This document shows positions 9,947-19,872 of a stretch of 64,000 bases of DNA, piece by piece. How positions within the stretch are numbered: the stretch's first letter is position 1; each line of letters starts with the position of its first letter. The stretch is from an uncultured Planctomycetaceae bacterium (lineage in GTDB: Bacteria; Planctomycetota; Planctomycetia; Isosphaerales; Isosphaeraceae): positions 608,001 through 672,000 of the forward strand of contig CAWIAD010000002.1 in the NCBI GenBank assembly GCA_963833985.1, read 5' to 3'. Position numbers and translations under genes: made by a program. Under the pieces are notes generated by a model that worked only from the letters and a program-made list of their open reading frames with translations, was not told the DNA's origin and did not search any database.

Positions 9947-12190
9947 CCTACTTTCCGCACATCTCCCTTTGATTTCCCCGAATTCGACCTGAGGCCATCT
10001 TCTCAGACGCGGCCCCAGGGTCGGTAAACATCTACAAGTCGATCGGCACGGGGAATTTGTTCGGTTCAGATGGTTCGCCAACCGGACCGTTCCTGAACTC
10101 AAGCCATTCTTCGCCTTGTCTTATGACTTGGCAATGTCCAACCGCGCGCAGCGATTCTCGCCGCGACGACTTGTGACACGGGCTATGAGCGTAAGTTGAG
10201 CGGCTCACAACTTATGTCAAGGCACATTGTTATAAGTGAATCGCAAGATTTTTTGTCCTTGACGTCCCGATCTCCTCCGCCATCATTGCGGCAAGCCCTG
10301 CGGCGGTCGGCCTGCTCCCCTCACGGCCCTGGAAGGCCCGGCGGCGGACACCGGCCAACTCGCTGCAAACCCTCCGGAGATGATCCGCATGAACGAACCA
10401 CAACGACCGCGCCAACCCGGCGAGACGGCCCGCTCGAAGGGACGCACGCGCACGCTCAACACGCGGCGGATTGCCGCCGTGCCCATCCTGGAACACTTCC
10501 TGAGTCGGCTCCGCCTTCGCGAGTTTCTCTGCGACCACCTGCCCCATGAGGACGGCCGCACTCGGGTCCCCACGGCCACGGCCTTGCTCGTCCTGCTGCG
10601 CAACCTGCTGATCTCGCGTGAGCCACTCTATGGTGTCGGTGAGTGGGTGGCCCGCCATGAGCCGAAACTGTTCGGGTTGTCCGATGTCCAAGTCGCCGCA
10701 ATGAACGACGATCGAGTTGGCCGGGCCCTCGACCGTCTCTTCGACGCCAATCTCTCGGGGTTGGCCCTGAAGGTCGCGGCCCATGCCGTACGCGAATTCG
10801 ACGTCAGCCTCGACCAGTTACACAACGACTCGACCACCATCACTTTCCACGGTGACTACGAGTCGGCGGAGGCGGAGCGAACCCTGCGGGGACAATTGCG
10901 GTTGGCGGTGACCTGGGGTCATAACAAAGACCACCGCCCCGACCTCAAGCAGCTACTCTACATCCTCACCGTGACCGGCGACGGTGCCGTCCCGGTGCAC
11001 TTTCGCGTCGAGAGCGGCAACGCCACCGACGACCGCTCTCACCAGGAGACCTGGGAGTTGCTCTGTCAACTGACCGGACGCCGAGACTTTCTCTACATCG
11101 CCGACTGCAAGCTGGCCACCACCGAGAACATGGCCTATCTGCATCAGCGCGGCGGTCGGTTCCTCAGCGTGCTGCCGCGAACTCGCAGTGAGGACGGTGC
11201 CTTCCGCGGCGCCGTACTCCGGGGAGAGATCCAGTGGCGATGGACCCACGACAAGTACGACGACAAGGGACAGTTGACCGACCGCTTCTCGATCTGCAAA
11301 CCTGCGAGCCAGACCACCGAGGGTTACCGGCTGATCTGGTATCACAGCACACGCAAGGCCGAGTTGGATGCGGAGGTACGGCTGACCCGGCTGGAGAAGG
11401 CGTTGAAACGACTGGACGAACTGCGTGCCAAGCTCGCCTCGTCCCGAACCCGGTACCGCAGTCGAGCCAAGGTCGCCGAGGCGGTCGAGGAGCTGCTCCG
11501 AGACTGTGAGGTCACCGAGTGGATCTCGGTCGAGATCGAGGAGCAGGTCACCGAAAAGTTCCGCCAGGAGCGACGCGGCCGGCCTGGACAGGACACGCGG
11601 TACGTCCGAGAGGAGAAGCTCCGTTACTCGTTGAAGCATCGGATTGAGTTGGAGCGACTGGATGAGGAGGCCCGCTGTGATGGCATTTTCCCGCTGGTGA
11701 GCAACGAATCGAAGATGACGGAGCAGGATCTGCTCTTGGCCTACAAACAGCAACCGGCCATCGAACGACGGTTCGAGCACCTGAAGACTGACTTCGTGGT
11801 AGCGCCTATGTACCTGAAGGAGGTAAGTCGGATTCAGGCCTTGCTCTGCGTGTACTTCTTCGTGTTGCTGGTCGAGGCGCTGTTGGAGCGAGAACTCCGC
11901 CGCGCGATGGAACGAGCGGGAATCGAGAGCCTGCCACTGTATTCCGAAGGTCGGGCCTGCCGACGCCCGACGGCTCGAAAAGTGATCGACCTGTACGAGG
12001 ACGTTCAAGAGCATTCCCTGAAGGCTGGGAAACGCCCTCTTGAGGTGTTCAGCACAGAGTTAACTCGGCTCCAGAAGAGGATCCTGCGCCTGCTGGGGAT
12101 ACCCAAAGCCTACGAGATTTGAACCTGACAGGCCGAAAGACGGCACACGGAAATTAGGAGATAGTCAAGGCGAGATGTGCGGAAAGTAGG
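9947..12190 (+). mobile_element. Complete IS1634-family insertion sequence, 2244 bp
   Basis: Perfect 19-bp inverted repeats CCTACTTTCCGCACATCTC (9947-9965 and 12172-12190), flanked by direct repeat AGGGAA (9941-9946 and 12191-12196). Confidence 0.95.
10380..12122 (+). CDS. IS1634-family DDE transposase
   Basis: LHNDSTT, WGHNKDHRPDLKQ, YIADCKL, YKQQPAIERRFEHLK motifs; 580 aa, intact. Confidence 0.93.
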   Translation: MIRMNEPQRPRQPGETARSKGRTRTLNTRRIAAVPILEHFLSRLRLREFLCDHLPHEDGRTRVPTATALLVLLRNLLISREPLYGVGEWVARHEPKLFGLSDVQVAAMNDDRVGRALDRLFDANLSGLALKVAAHAVREFDVSLDQLHNDSTTITFHGDYESAEAERTLRGQLRLAVTWGHNKDHRPDLKQLLYILTVTGDGAVPVHFRVESGNATDDRSHQETWELLCQLTGRRDFLYIADCKLATTENMAYLHQRGGRFLSVLPRTRSEDGAFRGAVLRGEIQWRWTHDKYDDKGQLTDRFSICKPASQTTEGYRLIWYHSTRKAELDAEVRLTRLEKALKRLDELRAKLASSRTRYRSRAKVAEAVEELLRDCEVTEWISVEIEEQVTEKFRQERRGRPGQDTRYVREEKLRYSLKHRIELERLDEEARCDGIFPLVSNESKMTEQDLLLAYKQQPAIERRFEHLKTDFVVAPMYLKEVSRIQALLCVYFFVLLVEALLERELRRAMERAGIESLPLYSEGRACRRPTARKVIDLYEDVQEHSLKAGKRPLEVFSTELTRLQKRILRLLGIPKAYEI

Positions 12191-12235
12191 AGGGAAGGGA
12201 GTCGCACTTGAACAATCTGGTCCACTCAGAGTCGG

Positions 12236-13156
12236 CTAACCCGATCTGAAGGAGTGCTCTCTGTGCCACTTGATGCATTTGAGGTCGGGCCAGTGGGACT
12301 GCGAGCCAGGTAAATGGATCTTCTGTCCCTGGTAGTCGGCGAGTCTCTTGATACCAGGATCCAGGCAGTCCTCGTCAAAATGTTTCCGCGCCACCACGAC
12401 TGTGAACTCATCAGTGAGACTCCACAGCCCCGTGTCAAACATCCAGTGAGCATTCCTGCACAAGGCAAGGCCATTACGTGGGTCATCGCTTCTGGATACG
12501 GAGCGCTTGTGGATGTGCGCCGCGTCCACTATGGTCTCGCTGGAGATTGTGGTGAGCCGATATCCCGTCAGTGCGCACGTGAATGTATAATTGGATAGAA
12601 CCACGATCCGGAATCGTGCATCGCGGCCTCGATTTGCCGCCTCTGCGATTGGCTGGTAGAGGACTTGCTCCTCGATCTCGTCGGCGGCGGGGACTCTCAT
12701 GTCGCAGAGTGCGTAGAGCGCAGCCCGGTCATCGGGACGGAAGTATTTCGCTATCAGCAGTGACCTGGCGCGCAGGCGGAATGCCGGATCGCTCGCCGCC
12801 GTCAGGAATCCGGGGTCAATAACGGCGTAGTGCGCACGGCTTCGTTCACTGGTGGGCTGTCGCTGCTCGTCGAGGACCTGCCAGAAGCCCTCGCTCCGAA
12901 GGTGATAGAAAGGGAAAAGCACACGCAAGTGCTGGGTCCGTCTGTGGGCCACGACGCTACCATAGATCGAGAACCGAAACGCCAGTCCCGGAGTCAGCTC
13001 AAGGATCCCCTCGGGTAGTTGCCCGGCCTCCAGCACGTCGAAGAGTGCCAGCAAAAGCAGCGGCTTGTGCGGGGCCGGCTCCGGCCTTGCCCGGTCCACC
13101 TTCAGTTTGCAGATCTTGCTGAGCCACTCCTCCGCCTCGCCGGCTGCCGTGCTCAT
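12236..13156 (-). CDS. HNH endonuclease with N-terminal SBD-like domain (putative phosphorothioate-dependent restriction nuclease)
   Basis: N-terminal APHKPLLLL and FPFYHL; C-terminal RDARFR..VL..Y...CALTG, DAAHI, NGLALCRNAHWMFD, WHRE. Confidence 0.8.
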   Translation of the reverse strand: MSTAAGEAEEWLSKICKLKVDRARPEPAPHKPLLLLALFDVLEAGQLPEGILELTPGLAFRFSIYGSVVAHRRTQHLRVLFPFYHLRSEGFWQVLDEQRQPTSERSRAHYAVIDPGFLTAASDPAFRLRARSLLIAKYFRPDDRAALYALCDMRVPAADEIEEQVLYQPIAEAANRGRDARFRIVVLSNYTFTCALTGYRLTTISSETIVDAAHIHKRSVSRSDDPRNGLALCRNAHWMFDTGLWSLTDEFTVVVARKHFDEDCLDPGIKRLADYQGQKIHLPGSQSHWPDLKCIKWHREHSFRSG

Positions 13157-13184
13157 CGGCTCATCCTTCAGTGAACCTCGGAAG

Positions 13185-13241
13185 CTCCACGCGATCTCTG
13201 CACCGCATCGGGACACCCGATACCCAGGCGATCGCGTAGAG
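13185..13241 (-). promoter_or_regulatory. Stem-loop in the 5' leader of the HNH nuclease gene
   Basis: Minus strand CTCTACGCGATC/GATCGCGTGGAG 12-bp stem (one G-U) with inner ATCGGG/CCCGAT stem. Confidence 0.45.
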
Positions 13242-13924
13242 TGAAGCTTTGAGAATAGTGCACGCGATGGGACGGGGGCTACGTTCTGCTCGACGAGTCG
13301 GCCTCGATCGGCACGCGGGGGGGGGTGGGAGAGGCGGCTGGCGGAGGGCGGGTTCGTGGTTCGCGGGCATCGGCTGGTGCGGCGAAAGGTGGACCCCGGA
13401 AACGACGGGAAACCTGGCGAAATCGCCCCGAAGAAGACTGAAGACCTTTGACCCCGAAACGGACGAATCACACGAACGCGGAAACGGAGGGACGACGTGG
13501 CGAAGAAGGAAGCTTCGCGCGGAGCGAGCGGGGTTCGGATGGCGAAGGACTTTCCGATAGCACACCAGCGGATGATTCGTGGCAGCGTAGGCCGCCCGGA
13601 ATATCAGTAATGAGAGAAGTTGAAACAGCTCGGTCGCATCACGATCCATCCAGCGATCTTCAGCCGCTCGCAATTGTGGTGGCTGGGGAGCGAAGAATTT
13701 CAGGGGAACTCAAGCCAGCGCCGGAAGGCAGTCAGGCGGCTGGTGCATGGGTGCGGTCAGCCGAGCGCGCCTCATGCCTGCCGAATCACCTGCGACATGA
13801 GTCTTTACCGATTCACCGGCCGATCACCACTCGTGGTCGCCACGGCACCAGTTCTGCGGGACGAAAGGGAGGGGATGGGGCACGAATGATCCGTCGGCTC
13901 TTCGGAATGGGAAAAGGTGCGGTG

Positions 13925-14698
13925 ATGCGGCTTGAAGGCAAAGTGGCATTGATCACGGGGAGCGGACGCGGCATCGGCCGGGGGATCGCGGAACGGTTCG
14001 CGGCCGAGGGGGCCGATGTCGTTGTGAATTACGCTCATAGCCGGGACGAGGCCGAGGAGGCCTGCCGCACCATCGAAGCGTCGGGACGACGGTCCGTCGC
14101 CATCCAGGCTGATGTGACCCGGGTTGCCGAGGTGCGCCGGTTGATCGACCAGGCAGTACAGCGCATGGGCCGGCTGGACATCCTGGTGAATAACTCGGGC
14201 GTCGAGAAGCCGGCCGATTTCTGGGAGGTCACCGAGGAAGACTACGACCTTGTGCTGGGTGTGAATCTGAAGGGGCCGTTCTTTGCGACCCAGGCGTTCG
14301 TCCGCTACCTGCGCGACAGCAAACGGCCGGGGAAAGTGATCAACATCAGCTCGGTGCATGAGGAGCTGCCATTTCCGGGCTTCGCGTCGTACTGCGCGGC
14401 CAAGGGGGGACTGAAGATGCTCACCCGCAGCCTTGCCGTCGTGCTCGGACCGCTGGGAATCAACATCAATGCCATCGCCCCGGGCGCTGTGCGTACCGAG
14501 ATCAATGCCCGCCTGCTGGACGACCCGGCGAATGTGGGCGCCCTGGTGCGGCAGATCCCGCTGGGCCGCCTGGCTCAGCCCGCCGACGTGGCGGGAGTGG
14601 CCGCCTTCCTGGCCTCGGCAGACGCTGATTACGTCACGGGCGCCACCTACTTCGTGGATGGCGGCCTGACCTGGTTCTACGAGGAGAAGGGGCACTGA
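13925..14698 (+). CDS. SDR oxidoreductase, glucose 1-dehydrogenase-like
   Basis: TGSGRGIG, NNSG, NISSVHE, YCAAKGG, VDGG. Confidence 0.9.
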   Translation: MRLEGKVALITGSGRGIGRGIAERFAAEGADVVVNYAHSRDEAEEACRTIEASGRRSVAIQADVTRVAEVRRLIDQAVQRMGRLDILVNNSGVEKPADFWEVTEEDYDLVLGVNLKGPFFATQAFVRYLRDSKRPGKVINISSVHEELPFPGFASYCAAKGGLKMLTRSLAVVLGPLGININAIAPGAVRTEINARLLDDPANVGALVRQIPLGRLAQPADVAGVAAFLASADADYVTGATYFVDGGLTWFYEEKGH

Positions 14699-14800
14699 GC
14701 CGCCGTCCGCCAAGAAGGCTCAGCGACCGCCTCCGCTGTCCGAAAAGAGGGCCGGCCGGATTTGCCTGGCTCGCAATTTGCGCGACCAACCGGTCCCCGA

Positions 14801-15475
14801 TCAGCGCGCTGCCGGCTCGTTCAGCGCGGTGAGCAGCTCCTGAGCGAGTTTCTCGCTCGAAGCCGGGTTCTGGCCGGTGATCAGATGGCCGTCGCGGACG
14901 ACATGGGAGAACATGGGCAGCAGCGCCGATTCGAACTCCGCGCCCTGCTCCTTCAAGGCGTCCTCCAGCAGGAACGGCACCACGTCATGGAGCATGACGA
15001 GGCGCTCTTCCATGTTCGTGAAGCTGGTCAGCTTGCGGCCCGCGACCAGGGGTTTGCCTTCGGAATTGCGGACCTTCACGAGCGCGGCGGGTCCGTGACA
15101 GATCGCGGCGATCCACTTGCCAGCACGGTCGAACGCGGCGATCAGGCGCTGGAGATCGAGATCGCCGGCGAGGTCGACCATGGGCCCGTGGCCGCCCGGG
15201 ATGAAGATCGCGTCGAAGTCATCCGCGGTTTGCCCGTCGACCCGTTCGCTGGACTCCAGGGCTGCGATGGCGGCAGGCCAGCGCTGCTGGTCCTTCTCGG
15301 TCGGCGTGGTTTTCGGATCAACGGGTACCGCACCCCCCTTGGGTGAGGCCACCCGGATCGACGCGCCCGCCTCCAGAAGGGCGGTGTACGGGACGGCGAA
15401 TTCCTCGAGCCAGAGTCCGGTCGGGTGGTCCGGTGCGAGCATGCGGCAACTGGTGGTGACAATCAGGACCTTCAT
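14801..15475 (-). CDS. DJ-1/PfpI family type 1 glutamine amidotransferase-like protein
   Basis: TGLWLEEFAVPY, PGGHGPMVDL, AICHGPAAL, ITGQNPASS. Confidence 0.92.
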   Translation of the reverse strand: MKVLIVTTSCRMLAPDHPTGLWLEEFAVPYTALLEAGASIRVASPKGGAVPVDPKTTPTEKDQQRWPAAIAALESSERVDGQTADDFDAIFIPGGHGPMVDLAGDLDLQRLIAAFDRAGKWIAAICHGPAALVKVRNSEGKPLVAGRKLTSFTNMEERLVMLHDVVPFLLEDALKEQGAEFESALLPMFSHVVRDGHLITGQNPASSEKLAQELLTALNEPAAR

Positions 15476-15642
15476 CGCCGGGTGTTCCTCTCTTCTCTTG
15501 GTTCGGTCGGCCGTGGCAGGGCGAGCCCGCGCAAACCCGGGGCGGCGGCCGGCGCTCGCGTGACGGAGTGTTTCCTTGCGTTGACTGAGAGGGCAAGTTG
15601 CGTACCGGATGTGCCTGGCTGGCAGCAGCGGGGCCTCGCAAC

Positions 15643-15672
15643 CGCAAGCATGCATCTTGCTTGTGTGTTTTT
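15643..15672 (+). terminator. Possible intrinsic terminator
   Basis: CGCAAGCA/TGCTTGTG stem followed by TGTTTTT. Confidence 0.35.
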
Positions 15673-15951
15673 CAGACTTGACCGTTCTTTTCTCTCTTCG
15701 CAAAATGCGGCCCTCAAGTCCTTGGAGCCTCCTGCCGAGACGCACCCCTTGATGTCGCCTCCCGTGGCTTGAGCCTGGTCGTTTCTCTCTTGCGCCGCGG
15801 AAGAAGGATCGTCACGCCGCGCAAGCCTGCCCGGGCACCGGGAGCCACACGAGGTTTGAAGGAAAGTCAAGGAAGCGACAACGTCAACTCGAGTCCATCG
15901 AGCCAACACAATGCAGAATCCAGGCAGAGTTCAAGGAGGATCCTTGCCGTG

Positions 15952-16638
15952 ATGCTTCGTAGTTTCTCACGCGTGGCGTTGCTGATGACGCTACCGGCTC
16001 TCTGCTGGGGTATTTCACCCGTGGCCGCGCTGGGCGCGGCAGTCAATCCGAATGCCTCGACGACGACGGTGGATTACCGCCTGACCGCCTCTTCGGCCAT
16101 CGCCACGCCTGGCTCGAACCTTCAGGGTCCGCAGGTCGTGGCACTGATCACGCCCACCGACGGCGTGGTTCCCCCCACGCTCTCCAACGGCAGCCAGGGA
16201 AGCCCCCTGACCGTCCTGCCCGATTCCACCGGGTTCAACCCCAGCCAGCTTGTCGTGGCGCTGCGCGATGCCACGTCCTCAACAGGGCAGCCCGAGCAGC
16301 AGCTTGGACTGGTTTTCTACGGTCAGGGGCTTCAAGCCGGTGGAGTCCTCCACTTCGCCCTGAGCGTGAACAGTGCCCTGGCCAGCAATCCTCCGGTGCT
16401 TCAGTCGCTCACTCCGGGCATCACCATCGCCGCCGATCCACCCTCGACCACCGTGACCAATGGCTCAGGGAACGGCGGCTCAACGTCAACGGGCGGCTCC
16501 TCCGGTGGGGGAACCATTGTCAATAGCCCCGAGCCCCTTTCCATGCTCCTCTGGTCGGCCGTGGTTGTGGGGATGTTCGCCCGCAATCGCATGCTGAAAG
16601 GCCGCGAGGACTGCGAAGCGATTGCCGTTCGCGTCTGA
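15952..16638 (+). CDS. Secreted protein with PEP-CTERM-like sorting signal
   Basis: AGGAGG RBS, signal peptide, Gly/Ser/Thr linker, then SPEP + hydrophobic helix + RNR. Confidence 0.75.
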   Translation: MLRSFSRVALLMTLPALCWGISPVAALGAAVNPNASTTTVDYRLTASSAIATPGSNLQGPQVVALITPTDGVVPPTLSNGSQGSPLTVLPDSTGFNPSQLVVALRDATSSTGQPEQQLGLVFYGQGLQAGGVLHFALSVNSALASNPPVLQSLTPGITIAADPPSTTVTNGSGNGGSTSTGGSSGGGTIVNSPEPLSMLLWSAVVVGMFARNRMLKGREDCEAIAVRV

Positions 16639-16801
16639 CAAATCTTGCCGGTTATTCGGGCGCGGTCCGTCCGGAACCTAGAATGCCTGTTGAAATCCCG
16701 GGGGCTTCCTGAAAAGATCGAGGACGTCCGGGATCCACGACAACAGCGTGGGTCCCGGCCCCGTTCCCGCTCTCTCGATGCACCTCCCCCGGAATACGAC
16801 C

Positions 16802-18571
16802 ATGAGCGAGACGCCCTCGCACTTCGTTGCCGTTTGCCCGAACTGTCTGGTCAGCCTGAAAGTCAGGATGATCTACAGCGGCAGCATGGTGCGCTGCAAG
16901 CATTGCCAGCATAAGTTCCGTGCACTGGTGCCGGATGCTTCGCTCACACCGAGCTCGGAAGATTACCTCGCCGGGCCGCTCAGCCCGCGAATGGCCTCCG
17001 CGGAGGCGCAGCAAGGAGCGGCCTCCGCTGAGCATGCCGACATATTCTCGCAGCTATATGCCGCGCGTGAGGTCGAGGAATCGAGTGCTCCGGACGCCGA
17101 AGCGGACGCGGGCCCCCAGTCGGATGAGCCGTCCGACGAGCTGGCGAGCGCGCTGGCGGCCGCTCGCGATGAGAACTCGCAGCTCGCACTGAGCCTGGAA
17201 CAATCACGGCTGGAGCTGGCTCGGCTGCAAGATGAGAAGGTCAGTCTGGATGCGCGCCTGGAGGCGCTCCAGCAGCAGTACGATCGGCTCCAGGAGGAGC
17301 ATCGCCCGCTGCCCGGCCGGCTGGAAAGCCTGGAGCGGGAACATGCCAGCCTGCGCTCGGAACGCGACGAGCTTCTGGCCCGGATCGAGCAGGTGGAACA
17401 GCTGCGCGGCGAGCACGAACAGCTGCGCGGCGAGAGCCAGCGGCTGAGGAAGGAGCACGCGCAGGGCGGACGCGAGCAGGAAAGTCTGCGGGGCGAGAGC
17501 CAGCGGCTGAGGGAGCAGGTGCAGCAGCTCGAATCCGAGCTCGCCTCGCGGCAGGAGCTTGCAGGGCAGGTGCAGCAGCTCGAATCCGAGCTCGCCTCGC
17601 GGCAGGAACTTGCAGGGCAGGTGCAGCAGCTCGAATCCGAGCTCGCCTCGCGGCAGGAGCTTGCCGGCGTTGCTGTCGACCTCGAGCAAGCGCTTCGGCT
17701 GGCTCAGACCCGGGTCCAGGAGCTGGACGAGCGGGTCCAGGAGCTCGAGGCGGCGTGCGCGACGGCCCGGAACGAACGGGGGCTGCTTGATGAACAGCTC
17801 CGCGGCGTGCAGAGCGAGCTCGCCTCCGTACAGGCCCATCGCGATGAGCTCCAGGGCCGCCATGCCGAGCAGCTTCGCGCGCTGGAGCTGGCGAACGAGA
17901 ACCACGGGAACCTGGCCGACCAGCTTCGCCAGCGCGATCAGGAGCTTTCCGACAAGCGCGCCGAGATCGACCGCCTGGCCGCCGCCCGCCAGGACGACGC
18001 CGCCCAGGTCGAAGAACTCCGGGGGAGCCTGGTCCGGCGCGAGCAAGAGTTGCTCAGCGAGAGCGAGGCGTTGCGCGCCCAGATTGAGGAGCTGCGCGGC
18101 ACTCTCGAAGGCGACGCGCGGAGGCACCACGAGGAGCAGACTCAGCTCGTCGAGCAGCATCGGCTCGCCCGCCAGGAGCTGGAGGCCGTGCGTGGCGAGC
18201 TCGCCGAGCTTCAAGATCGGCAACGCGGGCTGCTGGAACAGATCGAGCAGCAGGATGCGGTACACGGCCAGACCGTCGCGGCCCAGCGCTCCGCCGTCGA
18301 GGCAGAGTTCCAGGACAAGCTGCTTGCCGATCAGTCCGAGCACCTCCGGCAGTTGAATGAAGCTCGGGCCGAGGCCGTGGCGAATGCCCAGCAGGTGGAG
18401 CGCCTCAAGGCCGAGATCCTCACACTCGCCCAGACGCGTTCCTCCACAGACGCCGACCTGGCAGCCGCACGTGCCGAGGTGGCCGATCTGCGCGCCAGGC
18501 TCGCCGACACGGAGACGACCAAGCGGTCGATCTCGTCTTTGCTGGAAGGCCTGGGCATACGGCTGCATTGA
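16802..18571 (+). CDS. Zinc-ribbon plus long coiled-coil protein
   Basis: CPNC...CKHC N-terminus, then about 450 aa of E/Q/L/R heptads. Confidence 0.8.
   Translation: MSETPSHFVAVCPNCLVSLKVRMIYSGSMVRCKHCQHKFRALVPDASLTPSSEDYLAGPLSPRMASAEAQQGAASAEHADIFSQLYAAREVEESSAPDAEADAGPQSDEPSDELASALAAARDENSQLALSLEQSRLELARLQDEKVSLDARLEALQQQYDRLQEEHRPLPGRLESLEREHASLRSERDELLARIEQVEQLRGEHEQLRGESQRLRKEHAQGGREQESLRGESQRLREQVQQLESELASRQELAGQVQQLESELASRQELAGQVQQLESELASRQELAGVAVDLEQALRLAQTRVQELDERVQELEAACATARNERGLLDEQLRGVQSELASVQAHRDELQGRHAEQLRALELANENHGNLADQLRQRDQELSDKRAEIDRLAAARQDDAAQVEELRGSLVRREQELLSESEALRAQIEELRGTLEGDARRHHEEQTQLVEQHRLARQELEAVRGELAELQDRQRGLLEQIEQQDAVHGQTVAAQRSAVEAEFQDKLLADQSEHLRQLNEARAEAVANAQQVERLKAEILTLAQTRSSTDADLAAARAEVADLRARLADTETTKRSISSLLEGLGIRLH
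17516..17668 (+). repeat. In-frame tandem repeat, 3 x 51 bp (QVQQLESELASRQELAG)
   Basis: Near-identical units start at 17516, 17567 and 17618. Confidence 0.95.
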
Positions 18572-18590
18572 CGCCGCGCAGGCGGCGATT

Positions 18591-19064
18591 TCAATCGAGC
18601 CCCAGCGCCTTCCGCTTGTCGATGATGAAGCCAATGTGATGGGGAATGTGTTCGGCCTCGGCGCGGAGCATGTCCTCGAGAGTGACCAGCCCACGCTCGC
18701 TGTGAACGCCGGTGAACGACCAGGCGGCATCGGGGAGCGTTTTCAAAATGCGGGCCATCTGCTGCCGCATGCCTTCGAGGAGGGTCAGTTCTTCCTCCAG
18801 ATCGCGATCGTGGCAGGCCAGGGCGGAGGCGAACCTGGTTTCATCGTAGCCAATGAGCAGGGGCAGGCTCTCCGCGATCACGCGTTTCATCCGGTGGCAC
18901 CAGGCCTGCTCGCTGTCCACAAGGTGACAGACAACCTCCAGGGTGCTCCAGCGCTCAGGCACCGGGCGAGCGCGCAACTGCTCGGGGCTCATGTCGGCCA
19001 CGGCCCCGCGGAGGGCCTGAGGACCGTTCAGGTAGGACTCGATCAAACCAGGTGGACCGGGCAT
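18591..19064 (-). CDS. DinB family protein
   Basis: WSTLEVVCHLVDSE, GYDETRF, HIPHH. Confidence 0.85.
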   Translation of the reverse strand: MPGPPGLIESYLNGPQALRGAVADMSPEQLRARPVPERWSTLEVVCHLVDSEQAWCHRMKRVIAESLPLLIGYDETRFASALACHDRDLEEELTLLEGMRQQMARILKTLPDAAWSFTGVHSERGLVTLEDMLRAEAEHIPHHIGFIIDKRKALGLD

Positions 19065-19104
19065 GGAAGGGTCTCCTTGCGGCAAAAGAGGATTGAGGAA
19101 TGTC

Positions 19105-19680
19105 TCAGACGTAGCCCGCCGCCTCCATCTTCGCGCGGGCGAACTCGAACTTCGGGCCGTGACCCTCCTGATAGGACCGGGGATTCCGGGTCTGGAGTTG
19201 GACCGAGCGCCGCCTGAGGAACTCGTAGATCGGCACGACCTCGGCGCCACGACCATGATGGGCCAGGAGCCCGCAATACAGGCAGTAGACCTCGAAGTCC
19301 TCGTGAGCGCGGCGCTGCGCCTCCTCGGCGAACGGCAGTGCCTCGTCGAGCCGGCCGAGCTGGACCAGGGCCCACCCCAGTGCCGCATGAGATGCAGGGC
19401 TGTGACTGCCGAGCGCGAGGGACTGCCGCAATTCGGCCTCCGCCTCCTCGGGCCGGCCGGCCATCAGGTACACCTGGCCGAGCGTCACGTGCAGCGCGGG
19501 TGACGAAGGGCTCCTCGCGATCAGTGCCTGGAGGCGGCTCACGGCCGGGGCGAAGTCGCCGCGCCTGGACCGGCGCAGTGCCCGCTGCCGGGGGCTGATC
19601 CACTGATACAGCGTCCACCCGAGGAAGGACATGGCCCCGGCAGCCAGGACGATGATCAGGAGCCATTGCCGGAACGTCAT
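19105..19680 (-). CDS. Membrane-anchored TPR protein
   Basis: N-terminal transmembrane segment; TLGQVYLMAGRPEEAEAEL and ALGWALVQLGRLDEA TPR motifs. Confidence 0.75.
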   Translation of the reverse strand: MTFRQWLLIIVLAAGAMSFLGWTLYQWISPRQRALRRSRRGDFAPAVSRLQALIARSPSSPALHVTLGQVYLMAGRPEEAEAELRQSLALGSHSPASHAALGWALVQLGRLDEALPFAEEAQRRAHEDFEVYCLYCGLLAHHGRGAEVVPIYEFLRRRSVQLQTRNPRSYQEGHGPKFEFARAKMEAAGYV

Positions 19681-19872
19681 GACGGTCCCTGTTCCCTGCC
19701 CACATTTCCCCTCGACTGAACTGAACAGTGTACCCTGCTTGCGCAGGGCCATCACCATGACCCGCATTTCCTGATTGGAACTTCCCTGCCTTCATGGTCG
19801 GGTGTTCTCTCGCTAAACTGATGGGGCGGTGGTGACGAGGCCGCTGGAGTCCCGGAACGCGAGAGACTGACC

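Noticed and set aside
13250..13920. Long intergenic region with short imperfect CCCCG(G)AA repeats and an upstream SDR ORF extension
   Set aside because: Repeats too degenerate; the extension has no protein-like features.
17516..17668. Regular direct repeats as a possible CRISPR array
   Set aside because: No spacers, in-frame coding repeat, no cas genes.
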